Shown here piece after piece: positions 36,701 to 49,500 of a stretch of DNA of 64,000 bases; within the stretch, counting starts at the first letter, position 1; every line of letters begins with the position of its first letter. The position numbers and the translations under genes were made by a program. This DNA is from Sminthopsis crassicaudata (lineage: Eukaryota), in contig NC_133617.1 in NCBI RefSeq assembly GCF_048593235.1, positions 478,930,958 to 478,994,957 on the forward strand, in the 5' to 3' direction. Below the pieces are notes generated by a model. The model had not been told where the DNA came from. It ran no database searches and saw only the letters and a list, made by a program, of their open reading frames with translations.

Positions 36701-39599
36701 GTGTGGACCATGTGGTCTTGAAGGTACCCTTCCAGTTCTAAATTCTGTGGTTCTATCATCTCTCACTATTTTTTCCTTCCTGATTCTCTCCCCTCCCGTC
36801 TCCATTCCTGACTCTCCAGACTTTTCCATCTACAGTAGCTTTCTCAGCCTGGAAGATGCCCTTACCACTCTGCCTCCATCTTCAGTTGGTGAACTCCTCC
36901 CAGGAGCTCCATTTTGAGGAAGTACCCAGGACAGGCATGTTCTTACCTCCTGACTCCATGGGCTTTTCCACTTAATAGTCTTCCTTCCCTATTCCTTCCC
37001 GCTCTGCTTTTCAGCTCTCATTTGTGTCTACTTCATTAGAAAGAAAGCTTCTTGACTGTCTTTTTCTTTCTTGTTTTGCATTTCCAATGCTTAGCTCTGT
37101 GCTTGGCCCATAAGTGCTTAGTAAATGCACTCTCTCTCCATTTCTAATTCCTTTCTGTTGTTGTTTGCCCTTCATTCTCCAAGAGCACCATGACATCAGG
37201 AAGGTGATGGCCAGGACATGCAAGTGAAAGGGATTAAGTGCAGGAGGGCTATGCTAGGTCACCTGCCTCACTTTCCCCTCCATATTCACCTGGGTCCAGT
37301 GGCAAGACACATATCAGGATCACTGGCCCTTTTTGCTCCTTGAAGATCATTTTGTCAGCTCCCTCATTTTAGAGATGGAAGAAAAGCCCAGAAATAGGTG
37401 GGGGGAGGGGGGGAAAGAGTGGGAGAACTTGCCCAATGTAACACAGTTAGTGGCCGAGACAAATCACGATTCCAATTTCCACAACATGTAAAATGTAAGG
37501 ATTGGATTAGTTGGTCTCCAAGGCCCCTTCAAACTCTATTTTATGATTCTAAAGCTTAATATTAAATCTAGGATTTGAAAGGGATCTTAGAGGTCATCTG
37601 GTCTGGCCTCCCTCATTTTTATGTAGGAGGAAAGACAGGAACAGAAAATCCAAGTTCAGAATGTAAAAGACCTGAGGTTCAAACTGAGATCTTCCAATTT
37701 TCCGAATTTGTACTTTCAACCACATCGTGCTACCTGATCCTACCTTCCCAAAATCAAGCAAGATTTGATTGGAAATCGAATTGTTGGCTTCTTTACTTTA
37801 AAAGCAACTTTTGAATACCTCAGAAAGACATGATTCTTACCTTCAGCACAGATTGTGCAGATCGGAACCACTGGGAAAATTGGAAGTGTTTCTACTTCAC
37901 TACCTATTCCCATCGTTAGGGAGTAATGCTAGAGAAGAATGGGATTCTTGGCCTCTGCCTCATGGTGCAGAGATCCCCAGCTAGCGTTCTGACACAGATC
38001 CTTGGCAGTGCATAGAGATGAGGCCCCTGGCTTTAAAAAAAGCTCTCTGTGCCTGCTTCCATTCCTCAAGGATACTGAAAACCCCTGGATGAAAGGAAAG
38101 GAATCCCAGTGTTTTAGAGCTTTAAGGAATTTTAGAAATCATCCAGCCTCATTTTTTCAGATGCAGAAACTGAAAAGGAAAGAAGGCTTGCCCAGGAAAT
38201 GAGCTTAGAAAGAGGAACCTTTCTAGACCATGTGAGGCTAAGTGGAGCAGGGGGTAGAGGGGGCAAACAGCCCCTTGTCTCCCTAGTCAACAAGGCTCCT
38301 AGTATTCCTTGTACTGTTTGTGACAGCAGTCTACAATGGCAGAAGGGCAGCTAATGGCACAATGGATTAAGCATTAAAGTCAGGAAGACTTGAATTCTGA
38401 ACTGTCACCAGTTCTCTGAATTAAATCCTTTACCTTCTAAAGGACCCATTACACCAACCTTATTCTACTATTGCTGAGAATCAAATGCAGAGCTCTTTGT
38501 AAACAGTAACGCTTTATATAGCAACTATTATACAGAAGATTTTTGAGACCTCCATCATGGTCACTACTTTTCAGGCTGTTAGCCTACTTCATAAGGCATG
38601 ATGCCCAGAATTGAATGTATGACCCTGTACAAGTCACTAAATTTGCTTTGGTTTCCTCAGTGGTAAAATAGGGCTCGCCCTAAAGACTTCTCAGGATTGT
38701 TCTAAGGATTAGATATTTGTAAAATCAGTAGATCACAGTGCCTGGTAATTGTAGATGCCTAATGTTTATTCCCTTCCCTATGAATAGTATGGGGGAACTG
38801 AAGTTTGGTGGTGGTTGTTTGTCCTTTGTTCTCAAAGCAGGCCATGACATGGGGAGGCGACGCCACAACATGTAAGTGGATTGGATCTGAGTGAGGGAGG
38901 GCTGTGCAGGGCCACCTGCCTCACTCGCCCATCTGGGTCCAGAGGCCAGAGATGTATCAGGACAACTGGAGATGGCCCTGGGAAGTTAGGGGTATTATAA
39001 CTGCCTACCTCCCTTCAATAGCAGTTTCCAATAAATTCTCAAAAGTTGGGAATTAGTAGCAGTTGTGAGAACTTAAGCTCAGATCCTCAAGCTCTACTGT
39101 TTTTACAGAAGAAAAATAATTTCAAGTCACTAGAGATGACACAGACAGGTTCACAGAAGACAGGTGTATACATTTAGTGACACTGCTTCCAACTGATGAA
39201 TATCATAGGGTTTAATGCTGGAAGGGAATTTAGAAATTCTCTAATCTATTCCTTGACATTTTATATAATTAAGGCATGCTCAGGATCTATATTTGTTTAT
39301 ATCATGGTGGACATCATGGGTTTATCATGTTGGAGGAGTTTCATACTTCATGTCAGGAATAGAAAACCCGAGGTTCCTTCAAATTCTAAGAACCTGTGAC
39401 TATAGCCATCCACTGCTACATTTTTAATGACAAGGCCAATAGAAGGATTGGGTGTACGGGCACACAAAAAAAACAGCATCTCCAAGTCTCTTTCAGTCTG
39501 ACATCTGCTTAGAGGTTCGCTTGGGAACACTGAGAGTATTTTAGATGTTTACATGAATCTGTCTCATAAAATCCTGAAGTTAATGTCACCTTGTCATCC

Positions 39600-40083
39600 T
39601 TCATAGCTATCTGAGTATTCCAGGCCATGTTTTTCCATGATGGGGTCTAATCCTAGAGGGAAATGCCCTGGGTTTTGTCCCCATCTCTTTCCCTTGCCAT
39701 CAACAGAAATAAAAAAGTTGGAAATGGAGACAAGTTTGTAGAGGAAAGTCATATATTAAATTTTGAAGTACCAATTTTTTTTTCTCTGTATAGAGAAAAA
39801 TTATCCATTGGGGATTGAAGACATGGGGTCTATATTTCAAAAGATTAGAACTGGATATATAGATTTTAAAATCAAAAAGGGATAACTGAAGACACAGTAG
39901 ACAAGCTTGTCAATGGAGAAAATATATAGGAAAGAAGGCCTAGGGCACCACTTTAGTAGCTACCCATACTTAGGGAGTTGGAAGAAAACAGATCCAGTGA
40001 AGAGAATACTGTCACAAAAGCCAGAATATTCAGGAGGGGTGTCCTAGCTGCCAAAGAAAGGTCAGGAGGATAAGAACTAAAGA

Positions 40084-40116
<33 letters not shown>

Positions 40117-40430
40117 CCCATTGTATTTGCCATTTAAGAAGTCACTGGTAACCTTAGAGAATATGGTTTTAATAAAGCAGTGAAGATAGAAGACAGAAGG
40201 GACAGAATAATTAGTGGGCAATAAGAAAATAGAGGCAGAGACAATATTTCAGGGATTATCAGGGTCAAAGAATGATTTAAAAAAAAATAGCATGATGTGA
40301 GCATGTAAGTAGAGAAGCAATCACTAACAAGAGACTGAGACAGAAAGACCAACAGATTGAAGTCTATCCCAACGAACAGAGAAGGGAATGAAATTAAAGA
40401 TACAAATGGAAGGCTGGCCCACATTATCTA
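39600..40430 (-). mobile_element. L2 fragment, antisense
   Basis: ttgtatttgccatttaagaagtcactggtaaccttagaga is typical of antisense L2; boundaries approximate. Confidence 0.6.
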
Positions 40431-43019
40431 CCCAGACCAGAAGAAAAGGGTTGAACAGGGGAAGAGAGGACTAGCAAGAGAGGGGCTTTTATCTTCTTCA
40501 AAAAATGGGTAGTCAGATCCTTTGCTAATAAGAGCATGCTGTGTGTGGAGCTGGGGGCTTGCAAAGAAATTTTGAGCAACTACTATGGACATGTGGTAAA
40601 ATCAATCAAGGATGGATAGGATTGCCATTCAAAACGGCAATTTACAGTAAATGTCCAGTTTTATTAGTAGGCAATTCAATCAGCATGGTTTTGTTATTTC
40701 TAGAAGCACTGTGGAATAGAAAAGGTAGCTCCTCCAAAAGGAACTCACTTATTTACCTGCAGAATATGACATAAACCTTGCATCCATTTTGCCTACCTTA
40801 CCCAGCTATTATAGAAAAGCGAGATAAATATGTGAAAAACTCTTGGTAAACTATCAAGTCCTATGACAATGATTCTAAGACATCCATTACAGTCACCTAC
40901 TTTCTCAGGTGTCAGCGAAACCCATAAAATACAATGCCCAGAACGAAATATAATCTAGATATGATCTTATTTAAGCATAAGACAGTGAGTCTATTACTTC
41001 TATCATTTTGGACATTACACCCTCTACAGCCTAAAATCTCTGTATATAAAGAGGCAGTGTGACACAATGGAAAGGACAGAAAAAGTCCTTGGAACCTGAA
41101 AGACTTGGAGTCAAAAAAGAGTTCTGCTTTGCACACTTGCATGAGAAAGAAAACTCCTGGGAGTTCCAGTTTCTTCATCTGAAAAATGGGAAGAACACCT
41201 ATAGCACCTATAGCACCTATCTCAAAAAGCTGTTATGAAGATCAAATGACATATAAAGTTAACTAAGAAGGGTCAGCTACTATTAGGATTCTCTTCAACT
41301 CCAATTTAGGATTTAGTAAAATTGTTTATTCCCTTCTCTATGGAGCTGTGCCTCCATTCTCATTTATCGTTATCTCACTCCCAAGAGACAGTCCTTTCTT
41401 CTCATCTCTTTTTAGATTTGGCCTAATGTGACCCACTCTGTAAATTGATTACAAGTTCCTGACTTACATCCATTAGGGAGTACTTTTGCCAAAGTACCAA
41501 ATATCACAGCTTTTGCAACCTTCTCACTAAAAGAGGGCTCTCCCTCAGGAAACTACTTACTCAAGCTGAAGCTCTTTTCAGCTTTAGCTTCCCTTAATTT
41601 ATAATTAACAGTAATTGTTCAAGTGTCTTCATCTGTTACAAAGCAGATACTCTGGAAGGTGGGCTTATGTTGCATCATTAGCAACTGCTCTAATTGTTCT
41701 ATTTAAAAGATCACATAGCAAATCAGCACTTGATCTAGTTAAGCCTACAGATCTCTCACCTTCCTCCTTCCAACAAGGCCCCTCCCTTTCTACATCTGTG
41801 CTCTAAGAACTGGAAGAAACTGGCTGTGGGTGCTTAACATACCCACCCAAGGACAAGGCAAGTTCTACTCAGCTCTTCCAGAAGGGCAAGGAGCAAGTCT
41901 CATGAGGAAGCATTCCTCCTTGGGGACATTTCATCAGAGGGATTGTTAGTGGCTGTCTTCTAGTGGTCATGAATTCATACTGCTGTGGACTGTTTCTCAG
42001 TTCTGCAAATGGGACAGTACAAGGAGGCTCCACTCTTTACCATTTCACATTTCTCTCTTCTGTCATCCCAATAAAGACTTTCTCACAGGCTTCACTTGCT
42101 CCTAAAGCAGATTAGTACAATGGAAAGTCTGGAGTCAGGAGGCCTACATATGAATCCTGTAGGGCCTTGATGTTTAATACCTATGTAATCATGGGACAAA
42201 ATAACCTCCTTCATCTGTAAAAGGAGGGATTGGACTAGATATCCCTAAGGTCCCCTCCAGCTCAACATCTATGAGTCTTTTATTTTCTGAAAGGTGGCCA
42301 AGCAAAGGCAAGTCACACATAGTCTTATAATAATTAGTATTATAAGCAAGTACACTATTCCCCCAACCCCCATATAAGGAAACATTTTCTCATTATGGCA
42401 TTGAGGTGACCCTGGATTCTCAAAGCTTTGATGCCAGAGAAGCACATGATGATTTCAGGTACACAAAGCTAGTGCTGGGCTTGACACTACCTGAAGGACC
42501 AGCCTAGCTAACTTAGAGGGATGATTTTTTTGGCTCCAGCAATTCTCAGGGATCATCATTGTCCTAATTTTTTAAGGTATCCAAAGAGGTGTAGCACCTT
42601 GTGTAGTCATTCAGTCACTGGGCACAGATATTAGAACTCCTTCCTGACTAAAGTTCTCAAACTCATCTTTATCTGTGAATAGCTTGATGAATATAAATAA
42701 TAATTGACATTTTATAGCTCCTCAATGTGCAAAGTGCTTTTCATGTATTAGCTTATTTGGGCCTCACAACAACCCTGTGAGGTAGGTTATACAGGAATTA
42801 TTCCCATTTTAGTGATGAAGAGACTAAGGTTCACACAAGGTCTTTGTGGCTCCAGCCCATTATCCAAGCTGTGCCACTGTGCAAAGCTCTTCCTCAAGTA
42901 CACTCTCAGCAGTCTGAAGGGAAGTGGTTCCCAACAAGTTAGACTTCAGACATTAGGCAAACACAGAAGAAAGAGAGGTCAAAGAGGAAGTCTAAGCAGG
43001 CAGTACATTAGGCATTAGA

Positions 43020-43025
43020 TTTAAT
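43020..43025 (-). terminator. Probable INTS1 poly(A) signal (ATTAAA), giving a 3' UTR of about 450 nt
   Basis: tttaat on + reads ATTAAA on -. It is the first AWTAAA hexamer I found after the stop, and a U/GU-rich tract follows it on the minus strand. Inference only, no 3'-end data. Confidence 0.5.
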
Positions 43026-43457
43026 TTAGAAAATTGTGATTAAAAACAACCCACTCCAACCCTATGTCCCTTTTGGTGCTGACTCAGAACCTGGCTTCTG
43101 TGGCTGTGACATCGACAGTGTCTGTGCAGCATTCCAATCGGACAGGACCATGGGATGACAAACATGCTCTCCACAGTGAGCAATTGGCAAAGAAGACAAT
43201 GCCCTGGTTATCCAACCCATGGGACCGGGGGAAGAACCCCAGGGGGCCATTCTTGACTGCTTAAAACCTTGATGGTCCCCAGCGGGAAGCACTTGGATTG
43301 GGAATCCTTCCCTTTCCTTTTCCCACACTTACATAGCACTATGTGCACTTCCCACCCCCCAGTGAGACCATAAATGGACCCTGAAACTCTTAGGGTTTGA
43401 CCCCTTGAGACACAGTTCAATGTCTTTAAACCAACCAAAGGTCCGGCCCCTGACTAG

Positions 43458-43573
43458 TCACATTACAGCCTCCATGTGCAAAATCTTCAAGGCTTCAGAA
43501 ATCTGGGGACTGGTGTCAATCTGTCCATACATCCCAACCAAAAAGGCCCGATGCAGCAGCACAGCTGCATGCT
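43458..43573 (-). CDS. INTS1: INTS1 last coding exon (116 coding nt including TGA)
   Basis: EHAAVLLHRAFLVGMYGQIDTSPQISEALKILHMEAVM*; tttcag acceptor; TGA at 43458-43460. Confidence 0.96.
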
Positions 43574-46500
43574 CTGAAAAAGGAAGCAAAGAAGATGAGG
43601 TCAGTTGCCTTGCTGTTTCTGGGATGCCCCAGCTGCCTCTCCAGGGCATCTCTGGCACTCATCCTGGCCAGAAACACAAGCAAAGTGCTCAGGCTCTGCA
43701 GTACCATTACCAGGGAACACAGTGGGTGCTTAACCAGTGCAAGACCAGAGGAGAGCGATGCTGACCAGTTTGTCAAAGATTTATTTCTCAAAACAAGAAT
43801 ACAGCTCTCCAGGCCTGAAACCTTTCTTTAAAGAAACAAGGAATTTCCTAGGACCAACTACAGCAGAGGATCCAGGACCCAAAGTTCAGGTGCATAATAC
43901 TCTCCTCTGCCTAGTAAAATGATCCACCCAAGGTTTCCCAGTTACAGTGGGGGGCCCTTGGGGACAAAAAATTGAAGGGAATCCAATGAAGCAACAGGAC
44001 TCTACTTCCCAGACACTGGGGACTGGCCTATTAGGGCCAGCCTGGGTGAATGCTGGAAAGGGAAATGGCCCACCTTGGCACAGGAGGGTGTATTCCGGCA
44101 GGTTCTTCAGTGCTGTCTGCATCACCTCGAAGTCCCGACTTCCAAGGCAGTACATGAACGTGGGCAGAAAGTCAGCAGCGATGCTACAACACACAGGCAG
44201 ACTCCCATCAGCACCTCTGTGCCCCTGGCCCTGCCTCACTGTCCTCACAATGATGCCCCTAAAGGTCCACGGAGTGAAGATGAAGGAAGAGGGCCTTCAC
44301 TATTCACAATACAGAGGATGAATGAGGGCACAAATCCTGGAAGGTTTGGGCTCTATCCTAGCTGGTCTATCTGTGATGAGGTTCCCCACAAATTAAGGAT
44401 ACAAACTACAAGTTTGCTATAAGATAGGACTTTTTCGGCTCTGTTTCATCTCACATGTAATGAGAGAGTTGGATGATCTCCAGCTCTAAAATTCTATTAT
44501 CAAAATTTACTTCAGAACACACTGGCCTTGGCAAACTTCTCATTTCTGTCCTTTGGACCCCCACAACTCCATGCGACAGTATCCCAGAGATAAGAGCCCG
44601 AGCTGATTTCACTTTTTTAGGGGATATATTTCTTTTAAAACTGTTCTATGCAAATGGGATGACTTTGTGACCTGTTATTTTTCTGTGTTGATTTTCATCT
44701 TCACTTTTGGTTGAGCTGTTAACTATGCTCTATTACAAGTGTTTTTATATGGGCCAGGCTCCAAACCTTTAGCAAAGGAAGCAATTTGTCAGCAAGTTCA
44801 TCAATAAAAGATGAGATATATTAGGTGTGTAGAGTGACTTAACTGTCCTTTATTTCTCACCTAGGGTTGTTCTGTATTGAGCGAAGGGCAAGGTTGAAGG
44901 CCAGGTTTCGACAAGATTCTTCAGAAGAACTCATCAGCCTCTGCAAGTTGGTCTAAGAAGGAAATGTGAAATTATTATCTGGACTCCTATTTCCACATTG
45001 GAAGGTAGATCCCTATACTCAATATGAAATGTGTGAAGAAAAGAGTATTCTGAGTCTTCTTGGGGAGTGGGCCAGAATGGAAATTAATGATGAAGTGCCT
45101 GAGATTCATAGAGCGGGGAAACATGGTCGTTTTAGTTGAGGCTCCAAGTCACCATTTCTGTCATTCAAGGAACAGGGCAGCAAAGGAGCTCCTCTCTGTT
45201 GCAATGGGAACCCTAGGCTTTTTTTTTGTTGAAGGGATTAAGACACAAAAGAAGTGATCTAGTTGGACATAACTACTGGAAGAATTAATTTCTACAGCAC
45301 TTACAGAAAAAAAGGACAAGATTTCTGGCCTCCGCCGGGACATCTCATCTATGTCACTCAGAACTTCCAAGATATCTAAATAGAGAGAAAAACAAGCTGA
45401 AGGTGTGATAGATTAAAAAAGATATAGAATAGCACCAAACTAAAAGGGAATACAGTTAAGCTCCCCTAAATATCCATTAATTAAGAGGGAACCCACAAAG
45501 ATCGATGGAGTTGTTCTGTAATGTGTAATGTTTCTTCAAAAAGGCATATTCCAAAGATACACTGTGCATTCCCCCCCATCTATCTCAATGATCAATTTCC
45601 TGGACTTAATTTCTCTCCATTTTGTATAAGACCAAAGAGATGTAGGAAATTAGGGGTTCAGAGGTTGGGGGAAGGCTTTCAAGTCATTTTGTTTAAGCTT
45701 CTGCTGTAATACTTGAGCTCTTCAAATATCTAAATCAATCCACTATCTTAACTCAGTTGCAAAATTCCCCAATGACGGATCACTCCACACTTAAGTTATT
45801 CTAGGGTTTGGCCCATCAAAAACATGACCCCTCACATTTTAGAACAAAACCTGGGGTGTTGTTGGAAATAGCTTGATATCATCTACCACATCTATAATCC
45901 CAGGAAATAAAATGGCCTCCTCTCCCTTTCACAATAAATTCTTATAAACACTCCTATTTTTTCAATGATAAGCTAATCTATTAGAATACAAGCTCCTTGA
46001 AGACAGGAGCAGGGCTACTTTTTGCCTCTGTATCCTCAGCAGCTAGAATGGTACCTTTCACAAAGGAGATGCTTCATAAATGTTTCATCTGAATTGCTGC
46101 TTTCTCCATCCTTTCTGAATATCTATATCAGATTAAGGCTGCTGCTAAAGGGCAGCAGTCACTTCATCTTGTTCAGATAGGCTCTCTCTCCAGCTGCTTA
46201 CATTGTCTTTCTACCACAGGTCTGACATTGAATAAAAAAATCTCCTTCAGTTAGTTGTCTGCACACATATTTCTGCACATTACTGTGGCTGCTATTCATG
46301 CCCACAAAGGAAGGCCTCAGAGCTTTTCTACAACATACACTGTTCTAGAGATACAGATGTAACTGAATACTGCCCAGCCTGTACTTCAACTGGACTCCTT
46401 GCTTACCCTCTACGGTTTGGCCCCTGGACAATCTCTTCATATAGGGGGTCATTTCAGCTGCTGTCAGAGGAGTGAAGAGAGAGACACTGACTAAAGGCAG

Positions 46501-49500
46501 GGAGCCAGCAGAAGTGTCATCTGTAAGGAAATCAATAATGATAACTAATACTTATATGTACTTTTAGTTTTGCAAAACACTTTATGTATATTACTTCCTT
46601 AGAACATTATAACAACCCTGCAAAGTAGGAACTACAGAAAATATTGCTCCCATCTTACAAATGGGGAAAATAAGGCTCAGAAAGGTTGACTTGCCTATGG
46701 TTACACAGCTACTAAATAGCAGAAAAGGATCTGAACCCAGGTCTGACTCTAGAATCGGGACTCTATACACTACATTGCAATCAGTATGGTTAAAAAAGTC
46801 CAGAAAGTTTCTGATCTTACACGTAAAAGTGATTTAACCCAGCCTGCCCCGATGCCAACCAATAATCAGAATGTAGGAAATATAACATGAAAGTTGTTTT
46901 TTAAGCATACCAGAAGCTAAATATTCACCTGAATGTTGTTCCATTCAAAAGAGTCGCCTGAACTTATACACTTATTCTACTGTTCAAAACATTTCTGAAC
47001 TCTTCTAAAATTACCTTCAGAGTTGGCAGTATTTTTTGAAATAAGTGACTTATAGAGAATCCAGTTTCTAAGGGTCAGGATGGTGACACCAAGAGCAAAA
47101 GAAGATGCCTGCAACATTTATCTCTTTTGAATGACAAAAACTGGAATTCATCCTAGAATATATTGGCACTGAAAGAGGTATGTTTTATTAGATAGCAATT
47201 TCTTAGACAAGGTTTCCTCCTGTCATTTTATGATTTCTTTTTGAACCCATTCCCCTCCATTTAAAACAAAGATTTCAAATGCAATCAAGAATTTTCATTT
47301 GGAAAAGTGCTTGGTTCCCATTATGCAGGTACTATATTTGCCTGAGCAGGAAGCCAAGTTCATACTAAATGAATTTTGAGAAATATTCCCACACAAAGTG
47401 GAATAAAATATCCTAACAAATTTATGGTTCCTCTATCTTATCAATAACAACTGAGTCCTGGATATATTTTTTTTCCAATACAATCTAAAACCTTCTTCAT
47501 AGAAACTGGTATCTACTTGACCTTACAGAATAGTGTCCTGTGGTAACCCTTAGAGAGTAGACTTCTCTAAACTTACCATCCCTCTCTTCATCTGAGCCAT
47601 GGTCAGAAACACTATTCTTGCTAGGAAGACTTAGCCCTGCTAAGAGAGACTTCAGCATCACCAGGTCACCATTGTCTGAAGATAAGTCACTGTGGAGAGA
47701 GAAAATACTAGCTCTTAGTTCAATAAAATTCCAACAGGCAGAAGACTTGATAAAGAAAGTTATAATTACAAGGGCTAGAGAAAAAAAAAAAAAAAGAAAA
47801 AAAAGGATAGAAGAAAATTTTGTACTAGGGGGACTAGGCAAACCAATGGATAGAGAAGAAAATAAAGTCTAAACAGAATACCAGCAAAACACAGAAAAAG
47901 AACATCTCTACAATGGATGTAATGGGCAAAAAAAGCATCTGCCATTCATGTTCTACAATTGAGACCCAAGAATCTTGGCAAAGACTTCCTTTTTCTATAT
48001 ATATATATAGAATTCTATATATATAGAATTAACCATATGGTTAACATAATTTTTAAACTACCCTTTAGTCTCAGACTTGTTGGTTACTGATTTAAAGAGT
48101 CTACCTTTCCTAGGCCATCCATCCTCACTGGGACCAATGTATCTACTAAGCCCCAAAACCAGGGAGAGTAAATATCTGAGAGTTCCCAGCTTTCTATATT
48201 GGGTCTTTACTTGTGCAGGATGTAAACACTTAGACCCTAGAGAGTAGGCTTTAGTTAAACTTTTTGTTTTGTTACAGAGGTGACACTTACTGGAGTGAGT
48301 CAGAATGCTTCTGCAGGAAGGAGATTGCAGCTGGTGCATTGCATGTGATATACTTGTGAATAAGTTGGACAAACTTACTGATGAAGGCAGCAAGGTGACG
48401 GGAGGATTTCCTATAATTCTGAAGGAAAGAACCCATGTGAACACATCTCATGATAAACAGAAATGGTAGTATCAAACTCTGCAGATGCTGCTTGCCTAGC
48501 TATATATTCCTGCATTTATAGAGACAAAGTCTTCCTTAAAGAAAAACACAAACAGCATGCATTAGTGTACCATGCCCCCAACTTAATCAAAGGCCTTCAA
48601 GAGATGATAAAGAAAAGGACAATGGTCACCTACCAGAAGCAATCGAATGAAGGAAAGAAGACAGTCCCAAAGCGCCCTCTGGTGTTCATCTTGGAACACC
48701 TGTGGCTGCAGCAGCTCTATGATCCCCAGGACATGAATGAAGAATGTCAGGTGATTCTGTTGCCGAAACTCCTGGAAGTTGAGGTGGGTTCGCCCATGAA
48801 GCAGGGCAGCAATCATGGCCAGATGCCTAGAAACAGAGAGACAAAACATTTTGTTTATCCTCACTTCTATTAGGTCACCACAGCCTCACTAATTCAGGTA
48901 GGAATTCTTATCTCCATAAGTCTGAACTTTATAATGGGGAATGTGGTCTCCCTTTTAGAGATAAAAGACAAAAGAAGAAATTCTCCCACCCATCACTCAA
49001 GAAGCAAAGGAAAAAATGATTAGGACCTCAGCAGCAGGATAGGGTGTGCCACAGCCAATTTTCTACATGCCATGTTGGCATCTGCCACACGGCCCTCAGA
49101 AGATCTGGAGTCACTGGTGTCTGCGAGGAGGAGGATGAATCGGTGAACCAGAGCATCAAGCTAAAAGGAAATTTGAGAATTTTAAGCTATGAGGAGTACT
49201 ACACTAGAGAAGCAACTCTTGACTGATTTTTTTACTTATATCAATCAAACAATGATAGTAGCAGTGAGAGGGTGTAAAGAACGAAACTGCATGGTACTTA
49301 TAGTTTTAAATGAAACTTATTCCCCTTTCTCCTTAACTTAAAGAAAATAGTTTCCTTGGTACTACTGAATTTATTTTTGGTTGGAGTTTAGTGGTTAAAC
49401 TAATTTTTCAATACCCAACAGATCAAGTTCCCTAGCAATAAGGCTACACAGAAGTAAATTTCTTTGTTGAACCTTAAGGGTAATAGATTCAAACAACACT

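Noticed and set aside
42157-42172. ctgtagggccttgatg resembling the MICALL2 start (IKALQ) on the minus strand
   Set aside because: It lies inside a MIR remnant, has no ATG context, and the similarity ends immediately.
42446-42495. ATGATGA...CTGA resembling a box C/D snoRNA
   Set aside because: It is too short, not intronic, and has no terminal stem or recognisable guide.
43405-44422. Plus-strand ORFs of 115-124 aa overlapping INTS1 terminal exons
   Set aside because: They are antisense shadows of GC-richer coding sequence with no recognisable product.
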